A stretch of 64,000 bases of DNA from the human T2T-CHM13v2.0 reference genome, Homo sapiens: assembly GCF_009914755.1 (NCBI RefSeq), contig NC_060927.1. One strand, 5' to 3'. The position numbers and the translations under genes were made by a program. Positions 1 to 12,110 of the stretch are shown here, in pieces (position 1 is the stretch's first letter; every line of letters starts with the position of its first letter). The notes under the pieces are model-generated. The model ran no database searches, was not told where the DNA came from, and worked only from the letters and a program-made list of their open reading frames with translations.

Positions 1-261
1 GTTGAAGAGCCACAGGCTCAGTGCTGGAAAAGAATGCTCCTTCCTGCATTGCTGTCTGCTCCAAGGCAATATACTGTTACATTTCTAGGAAATCAGAATG
101 TCTTTTAAATCCTGCTTCAAGTGTCTACACATTCCATGCTAAGCTGCAATGCTTAATTTAATATCTCCACGGCAGTGGTGAGGGTTTCAAATAGAGTCCA
201 CAGCCTCAGGGACATAGGAAGAGAATTCAAAAGGTGATATGATAGTTTGGGATGATTGTAT

Positions 262-328
262 TTAGGTTGGTGCAAAAGTAATTGCAGTTTTTGCCATTAA
301 AAGTAATGGTAGTTTTGCACCAACCTAA
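262..328. mobile_element. MADE1 (Hsmar1-derived MITE), ~13-bp deletion in right arm
   Basis: TTAGGTTGGTGCAAAAGTAATTGCAGTTTTTGCCATT...TTTTGCACCAACCTAA terminal inverted repeats match the MADE1 consensus; followed by TA. Confidence 0.92.
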
Positions 329-914
329 TATATTTAAGAAGTGGCAAAAACACCAAAGTGGGTTTTGCCACCATTGCCAAAACTGAATGTAAATACCACT
401 TGACAGCAATAGGAAGCATATTTTTTTTTTTTTGTCTTGGGGAAGCTTGAATCCTACTGAGTTCAATTTGGGGAGGGGGTAGTGCTGCCAGAGGCGAAAG
501 AATAAAGGCTACCACTTTGCGAAAATCTTGAGGGCAAGAAACCTATTTCAGCCACAAAAATACAAATGTCTTTTCAATGTCAGGAAACTCTGGAAGAAAA
601 GACAGAGGATGGGACCAAGAGAGACCAAATGCATTTCCTTTGGAAATCACTGCCTGGATCAGGGGTCCTCAAGTTGTTACCAACTCCCACAAGAGCCCTA
701 AAATCATTTCTCCAAATCACAGGTGCTAATTGCTTTCATAAGGGTGCTGGCTAGAGCAGAACCCAAGGGCTTGGTAAGTGTGATATTCTCATTTCTCTGG
801 GCTTGTGTGATGCTTGAGTTTGGAAGGTAAGTGTCTGGATTGACTTCATATATACACATGGTCCTAGAGATGCTTATCTTTTTCAAACCCATCTGGGAAC
901 ATTATTGGTTTGTT

Positions 915-1265
915 AATTCATTAAATACATATTGAATATGACTCATGTGTGCCAATAACTTTTCTGGGCACAGAGAACACAACAGCCTATGTGCTTGCCT
1001 ACATGGGGTTCTAAACAAAATTGACATTGAAATACATAGTATTCTAGATGATGATAAAGGTCTAAACAAACCAGGGAAAGGGATGGGGGCTATTTTTAAA
1101 TAGGGTGGTTAGATGAGGTCTCATTGAGCAGATAATACTTGAACGAAGGCTTGAATGAGGTGAGGGAGTGAGCCAAGTAGTTATCTGAGGGAAGAGAATT
1201 CCAGGCAGCAAGAAAAGCCAGTGCAGAGGCCTTGAGGCAGGAGGTGCCTGGCCTGTTTCAGGAGC
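915..1265 (-). mobile_element. L2 (LINE2) 3' fragment
   Basis: ttcattaaatacatattgaatatgactcatgtgtgcca...gggaagagaattccaggcagcaagaaaagccagtgcagaggccttgaggcagga resembles the antisense L2 3' end. Confidence 0.75.
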
Positions 1266-2199
1266 CCAAATGTGCTCCTCTAACTAGGGGGCAGTGCTGG
1301 GTGACTCTCACTGATTTGGTTGGCCCTTGAAGGAGTCAGTTTTAGGATGAGCATCTCAGAGGGGAAACAAAGGTACTATGGTATTATCAATCTTTCTCTT
1401 TTCAAATGCTTAAGTCCTAAGTCTCCCATCGCCACTTCCTTTAAAAAGGAAAGTAAGGGGGAAAGAAAACCATGTGTCTGAAAATACCCATGCAATAATA
1501 CCATTTAGCCTGGCCCATGGGGAAAAAAGGTGAGACATCTGGGGGTCATCCCTCAAGGTGAGTTTATATACTGTGCAGATTTTTTAAGAGTATGGTACAG
1601 TAATTACACTGATGGCTGATTAACTCAGGGGAGTTACCCAGAGGTGAGGTCTTTAGATGTGTAGGGAGAAGTCTGCATGCACAGGTAAGAGTGGCAGGGT
1701 TTATGGAGAGGGAATTCACCATTTGTGGCCAGCACTATTTCCAGGTGGAAATGGTGCTCCTCTGGTGAAAGGGAAAGAAGCCAAGGTTTCCAACCAGTGG
1801 TCCTTATACCTCCAATTCATGGACAAGCTTCAAGAGGTGCCTGTGAACCTCTTGAAATGATATGCAACGTTTCAAATGTGCCACATGCTTTTTCTTGGGA
1901 AAAGGGTCCAGAGCTTCTCAGAAATTTCCATGACCTCTTCCAAAATGAAGAACCATTGACTTCGCATGGAGCAACCTCTGTTCTCACTTCTCTTCCAGGA
2001 CAGGTGGGTTAGCAGATGACCCCTGGGGAGAACTCTGCCATCAGGGAGAGTATAACCAGCTCATAACACATGAGTCTTCATCTAGAGTCATGAGGCCGAT
2101 CATTTGTAATCAATACCCAAGAACTTTGAAATATACATGCATGCTGTCCCCTCCCCACATTCCAACTGGCCTGGGCTTTATCCAGTCCTGCAGTTATAC

Positions 2200-2545
2200 A
2201 CAGGCTCTCATCAACCTCCTGGCCTCTGTACAAGCTGTTCCCCCTGTCTGGAACACTCTTCACTTTTCCTGTAGCTAACTCTCACACATTGCTCAGGTCT
2301 CAGCTAAAACAACATCTCCCATAGGAAGCAATTCCTCGTGGCTAGACTAGATCATGGGCCCCAGTAACATCCTGCATGTACTCTATCATACCCCATCAGA
2401 GTTTATTGTGAACTCTGGTTTCACAGAAGCTTTCTCTGCTAGAATTTAACCTCTGTGAGGGCCTCTCTCCCTTGACACAGATCCCTGCTCCAAGTAGGTA
2501 CTCAATACAATAGGTATTTATAGTTGGATAGATGGATGGATGCAC
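2200..2545 (+). mobile_element. L2 3' fragment
   Basis: gctgttccccctgtctggaacactctt...caggtctcagctaaaac...aagtaggtactcaata plus a (GGAT)-like tail. Confidence 0.65.
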
Positions 2546-2944
2546 TGATCAGTTATTCTTCTCAGAGTGGCAACTTCTGGACACCGACCTGCTCTCCTCC
2601 TCAAACAGTGTCAAGTATCTATGAAGTGGTCTACCACACTCTGCAACTGCTTGTTCTCATGAGCAGTTATATCCAGAAGTTGGCTATCAATATTTTGAAG
2701 TGGAATCTTCTTTTTTAAATGAATGATCTATCTCAATGGCTGAATTTTGCACAGCTAATTGATTCCTATTTCAAATTAGTTTGTAAGCAAGCTCAGACTA
2801 CCGACTGCCTTTGTATCATATCAGTCTTCACAACTTCATACTGTTTTTCTTCTGCAGGGCTCTGACCAGAGCCCTCCCTTGCCTAAAGGAGTAAACTCTG
2901 TCTTTGAAAGGATTGTTAAAACAGACAGGATCATATAAGAAGTA

Positions 2945-3280
2945 GCCTGAGTTCAAATCCTGACATTATTACAAATAGCTGAGAAGTCTTGGCAGGTCAT
3001 CTAGCATTTCTGAGCCTCAGTATCTCAGCACATGATCAACTCAATGTACTGCATGGTGGTGAAGAATACGGGGCTTTGGAGAGGAAGCCCTGAGTCTGAA
3101 TAATGACACAATTCTTGCCAGATAAGTGACTTTATGCAGGTTACTTAACCTTTGTTAGTCTCAGTTTTCTCATCTGACAAAGTGGGACTAATAAAGGTTT
3201 ATTGCAAAAATATTGGCTGCTTAGCACAGAAACTAAACATAGTAAGTACTAATTAGTTAATGTACTCATGCCATTATTGT
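2945..3280 (+). mobile_element. MIR fragments (two adjacent)
   Basis: cctgagttcaaatcctgac...tctgagcctcagt; gtgactttatgcaggttacttaacctttgttagtctcagttttctcatctg. Confidence 0.7.
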
Positions 3281-3520
3281 ATCATCCTTACAGTGGTAAC
3301 ACCAATTGTTATGCTCTGTGGACCAGCTAAGCCAAAGAGAGGGGACTTGGATCATTTACTCGAGCTACCCAGACTCTTCAGAGTCAAAGCAAAATGTCAC
3401 ATTCTTACCCACCAAAAGATGGCCTTTGGGTTCTGTGCATTAGTGAATATCAATCTAAAGAAATCACAATGTAAAGTCAGGCATCTGTTAGCTACTGGCT
3501 GGTTTCCAGTGTGGAAGCTT

Positions 3521-3790
3521 GCCTGCCTGTCTGCCTGCCTGCCTGCCTGCCTGCCTGCCTTCTTTCCTTCTTTCCTTCCTTCCTTCTTTCCTTCCTTCCT
3601 TCCTTCCTTCCTTCCTTCCTTCCTTCCTTCCTTCCTTCCTCCCTCCCTCCTTCCCCTCTCTCCCTTCCTCCCTCCCCTCCCTCCCTCTCTCCTTCCCTCC
3701 CTCCCTCCCTCCCTCCCTCCCTCCCTCCCTCCCTCCCTTCCTTCCTTCCTTCCTTCCTTCCTTCCTTCCTTCCTTCCTTCCTTCCTTCCC
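3521..3790. repeat. Compound microsatellite (CCTG)n-(TTCC)13-(TCCC)11-(TTCC)13
   Basis: Read directly; 3558-3790 is pure pyrimidine on the + strand. Confidence 0.98.
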
Positions 3791-4114
3791 AGAAAGGCAA
3801 GGATGCACTGGACGGTATCAGCTTCCCTATTAATTTACTGAGTACAAGTCTATGCTAGCAACTATGGTTAGTGCTAGGCTGGTATAAGATGACATGGGCT
3901 TGTGGAAGCTGGGGGATCTGCTCAGTATAGGTGATGGAACCAGCCACGTCTGTAATGGGAAAATCCCTCTTCCCAAGTATCCGAGAGCTCACTGAGTTGC
4001 TTTTCCCATTGCAGGCTTCAAAGGGCAGCAGAGGGCTTAGAAAGTACCTTTGCCAGCAAGTCCAACCACATGCCAACTTGCTAGCCCCCCCTCCCAAAAC
4101 AGGTACAGGGTTAG

Positions 4115-4330
4115 GAGTCAAGCTCCCAAGACTTTCTGGGATAGAATTTTGGCTTCTTCACTTATTATGTGATTCTGGTTAAGTCACTCAAGCCTCAGTT
4201 TTCTTACACATAAAACGGTAATAAGCTCAGAGTTGATTCATCGTTAAAAGAGCTAACACATGGAAAGTGCTTGTTGAATAGTACCTGGCACAAGGAACAC
4301 ACTCAGTCGATGACCACTGTTATTATTCTT
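4115..4330 (+). mobile_element. MIR
   Basis: aagtcactcaagcctcagttttcttac...catggaaagtgcttg...gtacctggcacaagg. Confidence 0.7.
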
Positions 4331-4369
4331 AGCAGTAATGTAGCCTCAGGGACCCCCACAGGGAAGCCT

Positions 4370-4600
4370 ATTGGTGAAGAGCTTAGGCCCTGGAGCCAGA
4401 TGCCCTGGATTTGAAGCCTGGGCCTGCCCCTTCTTGGGCAAGGTACTTTCCCTTGCAGACTCAGTTTTCCCATCTGCAAAATGGGTTCAATAACAGCTCC
4501 TACCTCCTGGAGCTTTAATAAGGACTTAAAGTATTAACAGGCATGCAGTCCTTAGAGCCACGCCTGGTTTACATCAATGTTCATTCAACAATGGCTGCTA
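4370..4600 (+). mobile_element. MIR
   Basis: ctggagccagatgccctggatttgaagcctgg...ctcagttttcccatctgcaaaatggg. Confidence 0.75.
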
Positions 4601-4822
4601 TGACTACTAGTTGTCCATGCCAGGTGTTCTGGGCTCAGTTCCTTCCTCTACCCTTGCCTCGCCGAGACTCAGAGGAAAGGCAGTTTCCCTGGCAGAATTT
4701 CCACTTAGATGAGGTTCTATAATCACACCTCTCCTACCTTCCCACTTACCCTATTTAGTGTGGAGATGGTGAGGCATTGGGGAACTCTGCTTGGAGAGGC
4801 CAGAGACTCCTCCCTTTCTCAC

Positions 4823-5372
4823 CTGCATATGCCACGTAAACCCTCATGGGTGGAAGCAGCCATAACCCACATCTCCCTGCTGAGGCTGCCTTGTTTCAGG
4901 AGCACACCAAATACGGTGGGGAGAGAAAGATGTGTGTGGGCAAGGATAACATAAGACAGAGAGTGGCACCTCCCGAACTGAGAAGATTGACAGGGGAGCA
5001 CCACCAGCAAATTGCAATCCACCATGTAGTACTTGGGCATTCCCACCCCAAGAAGGAAGATATCCAAGCGCATGGCTTGTCTCAAGCTAAGCAGAGGCCC
5101 TGATTTTATCTCAGAGTCAATGGACAACGAGAACCAGACCTGCCTGCAAAATACCCGGGGAGTTACAAATCCAAATACGGTCTTGTCTTTGCTGTTTCGG
5201 GAGCCTGATGTATGTCAATCCATTTGGTGGGGAGAAGCTCAGGAGGAAGCGAGGCTCTTTCGGGCAGGCTGCTGCTTCCGCTGTGGTCCCTAAGATTCAG
5301 TGATTAGCATTCCTCGGTTTACCGTAAAATTCAAACAGTGCCATCCATTCGGTCCAGATTCTCTGGCCTGAT
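4823..5372 (-). other. Candidate exon (first or internal) of an unidentified minus-strand transcript
   Basis: Donor CAG|GTGAGA at 4823/4822; possible acceptors tttgtcttag| (5373) or attttgcag|/gcag| (5144/5140); 11 CpGs in ~5125-5395; no recognisable repeat; ORF from ATG 5073 open to the donor. Confidence 0.45.
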
Positions 5373-5399
5373 CTAAGACAAATAGCACCCGGTTTGGCC

Positions 5400-6540
5400 T
5401 CCACAGCTGTTTGTGCTGTCAACTAGGCAGCACTTTGCAAGATGGGTTAACAGATTTAGGACTAAATCTCTAAAGGGGCCTCCATCTGGTCTCCTGTTTC
5501 TCCTGTTTTAGGGCTCAGGGTTTTTATACCAGTAATTGCCCTTGGACATCAAGTGGCCCATTAAATGGCTAGATTTACCACCGCTGAACTGGAGCTTCAT
5601 TCAAACAAATGTTCCCCCCAATAAGCAACCTGTCAGTTGTGACCTCAAGTGGCTGCTGGTTCCATAATAATCCAACTAACAGTCCAGTTAATCAGTTATA
5701 GAAAAATCTCCCAACATCCCCTCTCTTCCCCTCTCTATAACTGTTGGGGTTCTAGATGTTTAAAATAAAGTCTTTTGCATAGGGTGTGGCTCAAAAACAA
5801 GCAAGATTTCTATTTGAATTACCCCTGTTAGAGAGAGCTCTTTGGGGGGACCCTGGAAGATAACAAAATCATGTAATTGTTATTCCCAGTCATCCAGGCC
5901 AAGGGTAAGGCTACCGAAGGGGCTCCGTGGGTTTGAGGATTTTTTGACCCCAGTCCTTCCTTTGCAGCCATGTGAACTACCTTTTTGATTATTAAGAACA
6001 CAGAGTGACCTAGAAAAAGCTGCAGGTTTCATGGAAATGAAAGATCCACAAACAAACACAGCTGGTTTCGGCTTTGATGCTGATAAACAAAGCGAGGCAG
6101 AGCAGAACCGCAGAACGAAAATCAAAAAACCAGACTGAAATAAAGTAAAGAAAATCCTTTCTTCCCTTAGCCTGCAGCCACAGGAGGGAAGGCTCCAGGA
6201 AGCTCTGGAAAGGGCAGCGTTTGAGAGCAGGGCTTCCTGGAGAAGAGCCTGGGAGCCCCGGGGGCTTCCTCCTGGTTCACACAGAGGCCCCCATAGGCCT
6301 GACTTGGAGGCACACTGGTGCACCTGAGGTGACTGGCGGGGTGGGGAGGGAGTGGGGACTGCAGAGGGTTGGGGAAAGGACCACGGAGAAACCAAGAGGG
6401 GGTTGTATTTTCCCAAAGAGAGGTGGCCCTCGGACTGTGAGTCTTTGCCTTCACTTTCAATGCCAACTTCAAACCACCTTAGGCCAGCACAAAGGCAGAT
6501 CCCAGCCATGATGCTTAGAAAATCCTATTCATAACTCCCA
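5400..6540. promoter_or_regulatory. Candidate promoter/enhancer block
   Basis: No recognisable repeat; raised GC/CpG at 6060-6440; clustered FOX, E-box, TCF, GATA, SOX and ETS-IRF motifs at 6033-6092; G-rich run 6335-6358. Confidence 0.45.
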
Positions 6541-6959
6541 TATTACTTTGGGAAAATAGTTTAGTGTAACTTTATATTAGTCTATTTGACTATGATAGCA
6601 GAAATGCCACTATGACTGAAAGCATCTTACCGGATATTTCCCCATTCTAAATTCACAAACATAAGAACGCAATCTAAACTAGTCATCGAGTTGGTGACCT
6701 ATTTAGCCATTATTAATTTCTTTTGATAAGAACATTTAAAATAACTGTCATTTCCAACTGTTCTTTTAAAGAAGAATCATATTTTTAAAACTAGCCTTTT
6801 AACTTAAAAATCTAATGATCCAAACATTTTCACATTTGTGACATAACACAAAGCTCCTTAACCCCCTCTCCTCTTACCGTAGGAAAGAAAATGCAAATGC
6901 CTTGAAAGGAGTATTTATATCATCTTATTATTCTTTCTCTGCATGAGGCAATTTAATTT

Positions 6960-7880
<921 letters not shown>

Positions 7881-7949
7881 GTGAGGGCAATGCACTTTCT
7901 GTGCCGTGTAGAGTATTTTCTGCCTTGCCTGCTGAGCTGGTGATAATAC

Positions 7950-8140
7950 TATTCAGCGGTTTTTGTGTGCCAAACCTTGGACTAAGCTATTCACATGTAC
8001 TATCCCACTTAATCCTAGTAATGACCTTTTAAACCAGGCCTTATCAAACCCATTTCACAGCCAGGGGTAAGAGGCTTGGAGAAGGGAAGCCACTTACACA
8101 GGGTCAACCTGACAGCCAGTGGTGGGATGGTAATGGTAAC
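7950..8140 (-). mobile_element. MIR
   Basis: tgtgtgccaaaccttggactaagc...cttaatcct...cccatttcacag. Confidence 0.6.
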
Positions 8141-9293
8141 CAGCTGTGGCAGAGCTCTTAAAAAATAAATATCATTGCCTATTGCCTTCCAAACGCAAAA
8201 CAGCCTTTTTCATTGACCAGACACATGAGTTGAAGCCATAAGTAAAATAAAGTTATCCAAGTGCCTAAAAATTGGGTATACATCCCTAGGCTGAACCCAG
8301 AGCCTGCCTCCTTCCTCCCAACTTGTGGCTAGTGCAAACATCAGGGTCGTTTCCTGGTTGGATTTCCCCAAGAAACCAGCTGAAGGCTCCCAGCTGGGTG
8401 GCATCAAGGGCAGGCATGCTGGCTTTCAGAGCCCAGAAGTAATGATGTTCACAGTCCCCAACCCCTCCTTCCAGCCCCAACCCCTCCTTCCAACCAGGGC
8501 CTCCCCACTGTCAATCAGGGTGATGTGGAGTGCATCAGTTACACGAGCCATTTGGAGCATTTTTCCAAGAGAAGGAACAACATCATAAAGCGTCGGCAAC
8601 TGAATCAGAACAAAGGGATCCTAAAGACAACTTTCCACTTAGGCCCCGGTAAGCCGAAGGAATGTTAAAAAGACACACGAACCTTAGAAGTGAAAGCAGA
8701 GAGTGAGAGGGAAATCCCCCTCGGCCTGATGAATCAATTCCAGAAAAACCCTCTCACCTGTGCCCCATCCATCAGCACCACAGTCAGAAGATGGGAAACA
8801 TTGGCTCTCACTCTTAGCACCTCTGTGTTAGTTACCTAACCTCTGAGTGTGATCGAAGAAAACTGATCCCGAGACAGAGACCAGAAAACCCTGACTCAGG
8901 ATTACAGCACATCACAAAAGTGGGGCTCCCCCTTCCTTCCCACAAAGGGATCCAGAGATGCTGATAAGATGGCGCTTGACTGGATCTGGGCTCCAATGCT
9001 TCAGTTTTTAGTTTGAGTTCAAGTTCACACCAGCTACAGCAATCCTGCACACTGGCTACACCAGCCTGCCTCGAGTGTGTGGGAACACTCGAGGAAGGCC
9101 GATAATCATGGCTTGGGGCATTTCGGAGGACCATTTTGGGGGTAACCATATTCCAATACAGAGGGAGGGTAGGGCAAGCATTAAACACAGGCTTTGGAGT
9201 CAGCCGGACCTGAGTTTGAATTCACTTATTAGCTGTGTAACGTGGGCAAGTGACTAACTTGAGACTCAGTTTCCTTGGCTATAGAGGAGGTAA

Positions 9294-9411
9294 GGCTGGA
9301 TGCAGTGGCTCACACCTGTCATCCTAGCGCTTTGGGAGGCCAAGGCAGGAGGATTGCTTGAGCCAGGAGTTTGAGACCAGCCTGGGCAACACAGTGAAAC
9401 CCAGTCACTAC

Positions 9412-9442
<31 letters not shown>

Positions 9443-9444
9443 GA
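9294..9444 (+). mobile_element. FLAM_C-like Alu monomer
   Basis: Single left-type monomer with poly-A/(GA)n tail; TSD AGGAGGTAA at 9285-9293 and 9445-9453. Confidence 0.9.
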
Positions 9445-9519
9445 AGGAGGTAAAATCATCAACTTCAGCTGGCTATTCTAAGGATTTTAAAAACCATGTG
9501 CTTAGAGCACTCAGCCCAG

Positions 9520-9708
9520 TGGTTGGTGCGCAAACGAGCAGCTTACTGTGATGGTGACTCTGTGAGAATTGGAAAAAGGCACCCTTCTTCAAGACACGTG
9601 ACGGTCATTTGGCAGAAATAATTCCGCACATCTACCATGACTACACGGGGAATGTTGCCTGCTGGAGCTGTGCAGTGGACAACTTGCATAACCATGAGTA
9701 CTGGCCTT
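9520..9708. mobile_element. MER91-like hAT MITE
   Basis: End gctgtgcagtggacaacttgcataaccatgagtactggccttg resembles the MER91A terminus. Confidence 0.55.
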
Positions 9709-10329
9709 GCACATAGTAAATACTCAATAAATGGTAACTGATATTCTATTAGTAAGGATAAAAACCACCACCACCTGAGGCCTCCATGAGGAGTCCTTGG
9801 GGTGGCACTGGATTCCTGAAGGAGCTTATACGTGAATTCCCAGCCTCCAGGAAAAGCAGAACTCGTGGACAGAGGCATGGGAGGGGCAGTGAGGGGAGGG
9901 CAGGAAGAGTTGTCAGGCAAAAGTCCCAGCAGGAGACGGGGCTCATGATTCTCAGGTCAAGCCCAAGAGGCAAGCCTCATTAGTCAGGGGCAAGGTGAAG
10001 TTCTGACTTCCACCAGGAAGGCATTTGGAGCTCAGCTGACCTCCCAGGGCTGCACTGAGGAGCACATGGGGGCAAAAATGTGTGTGAAAGAGAAGGCCCT
10101 GTGCAGCACACTGAAGGATTATTACTGCCTTTCACTCCCCAGTGTCCCATCCATGAAAACCTTCTCCTCCCTGCAGCCTTCAAAAGTCTCACATTCTCAA
10201 AAAAAACCTTTTAAAAAATCATGTATATTCTTTTATAAAAAACTAATTATAAAAATAAGACAATACATTTTTTTGAAGGTGGCAACGTCACTCAAAAAAA
10301 TAAACCAAGGATACAAGTGGGCAATTGTA

Positions 10330-11400
<1,071 letters not shown>

Positions 11401-11764
11401 AAATTTTGAAAGCATATGCTTGTTGTAGAGCAGCTGGGAAATCGTGAGAAGTGTTTTTCTCATTTTTGTCTTTTGTCTCTTCTCTTAGGATTGCCTTCTG
11501 TCACGTAAAACCTCATGTCTCCACCTTTGTGGGACCCAGCGCTGTGACTGGGAAGTGAAGTCTGGGGTACAGCAAGCATAGAGAATCCTTGGACATTATG
11601 GGTGGAATGGAACCCCTCAACTAGTTTAAATGAATGAAAACTGAGTCACACATTTTGTTTTCCACATGCGGACACTGAGACCCAGGGCGAAGGCAGGGCT
11701 TGGAAGATGTTGTTATTCAAGCAGGCCAGGAGCTATTTACGAGGAGAATGACCCCTCAGAAGTT

Positions 11765-11812
<48 letters not shown>
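11765..11812. repeat. (TG)n(CG)4 alternating microsatellite
   Basis: 48 bp of uninterrupted purine-pyrimidine alternation. Confidence 0.97.
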
Positions 11813-12004
11813 GTTTTGACCAAAGCAGCAGCTGACCAAGGCCCAAACCAAACATCCGCAATGAGGAAAAATAAGCACAAGTCTTGAGTGGGTCCCGGGG
11901 GTCTCCCCAGCCAGGTTCACTGCCAATCACTGAACTCCTTTTCTTTGCCATCAGGCACCCCATCCCCATTATTCTTGTCCTTCTTCTATCCTGTGAGGTA
12001 CATT

Positions 12005-12110
12005 CTATTTTTCCCATTTCACCAATGAGGAAAATGAGGCTCAGAGTAGGTAACCCCGTTGGGGAAGGTCACACAGCATATACATAGCAGAGGCAATTCT
12101 GAATCCAGTT
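12005..12110 (-). mobile_element. MIR
   Basis: cccatttcaccaatgaggaaaatgaggctcagag...aaggtcacacagc. Confidence 0.75.

Larger units (their letters stand above)
9185..9745 (+). mobile_element. MIR split by FLAM and MER91-like insertions
   Basis: ggctttggagtcagccggacctgagtttgaattc...ctcagtttcc; resumes at 9455; tail cacatagtaaatactcaataaatggtaac. Confidence 0.7.

Noticed and set aside
3260-3858. Five overlapping ORFs of 102-193 aa (LPSF/GRKE repeats)
   Set aside because: Artefacts of a stop-free tetranucleotide microsatellite
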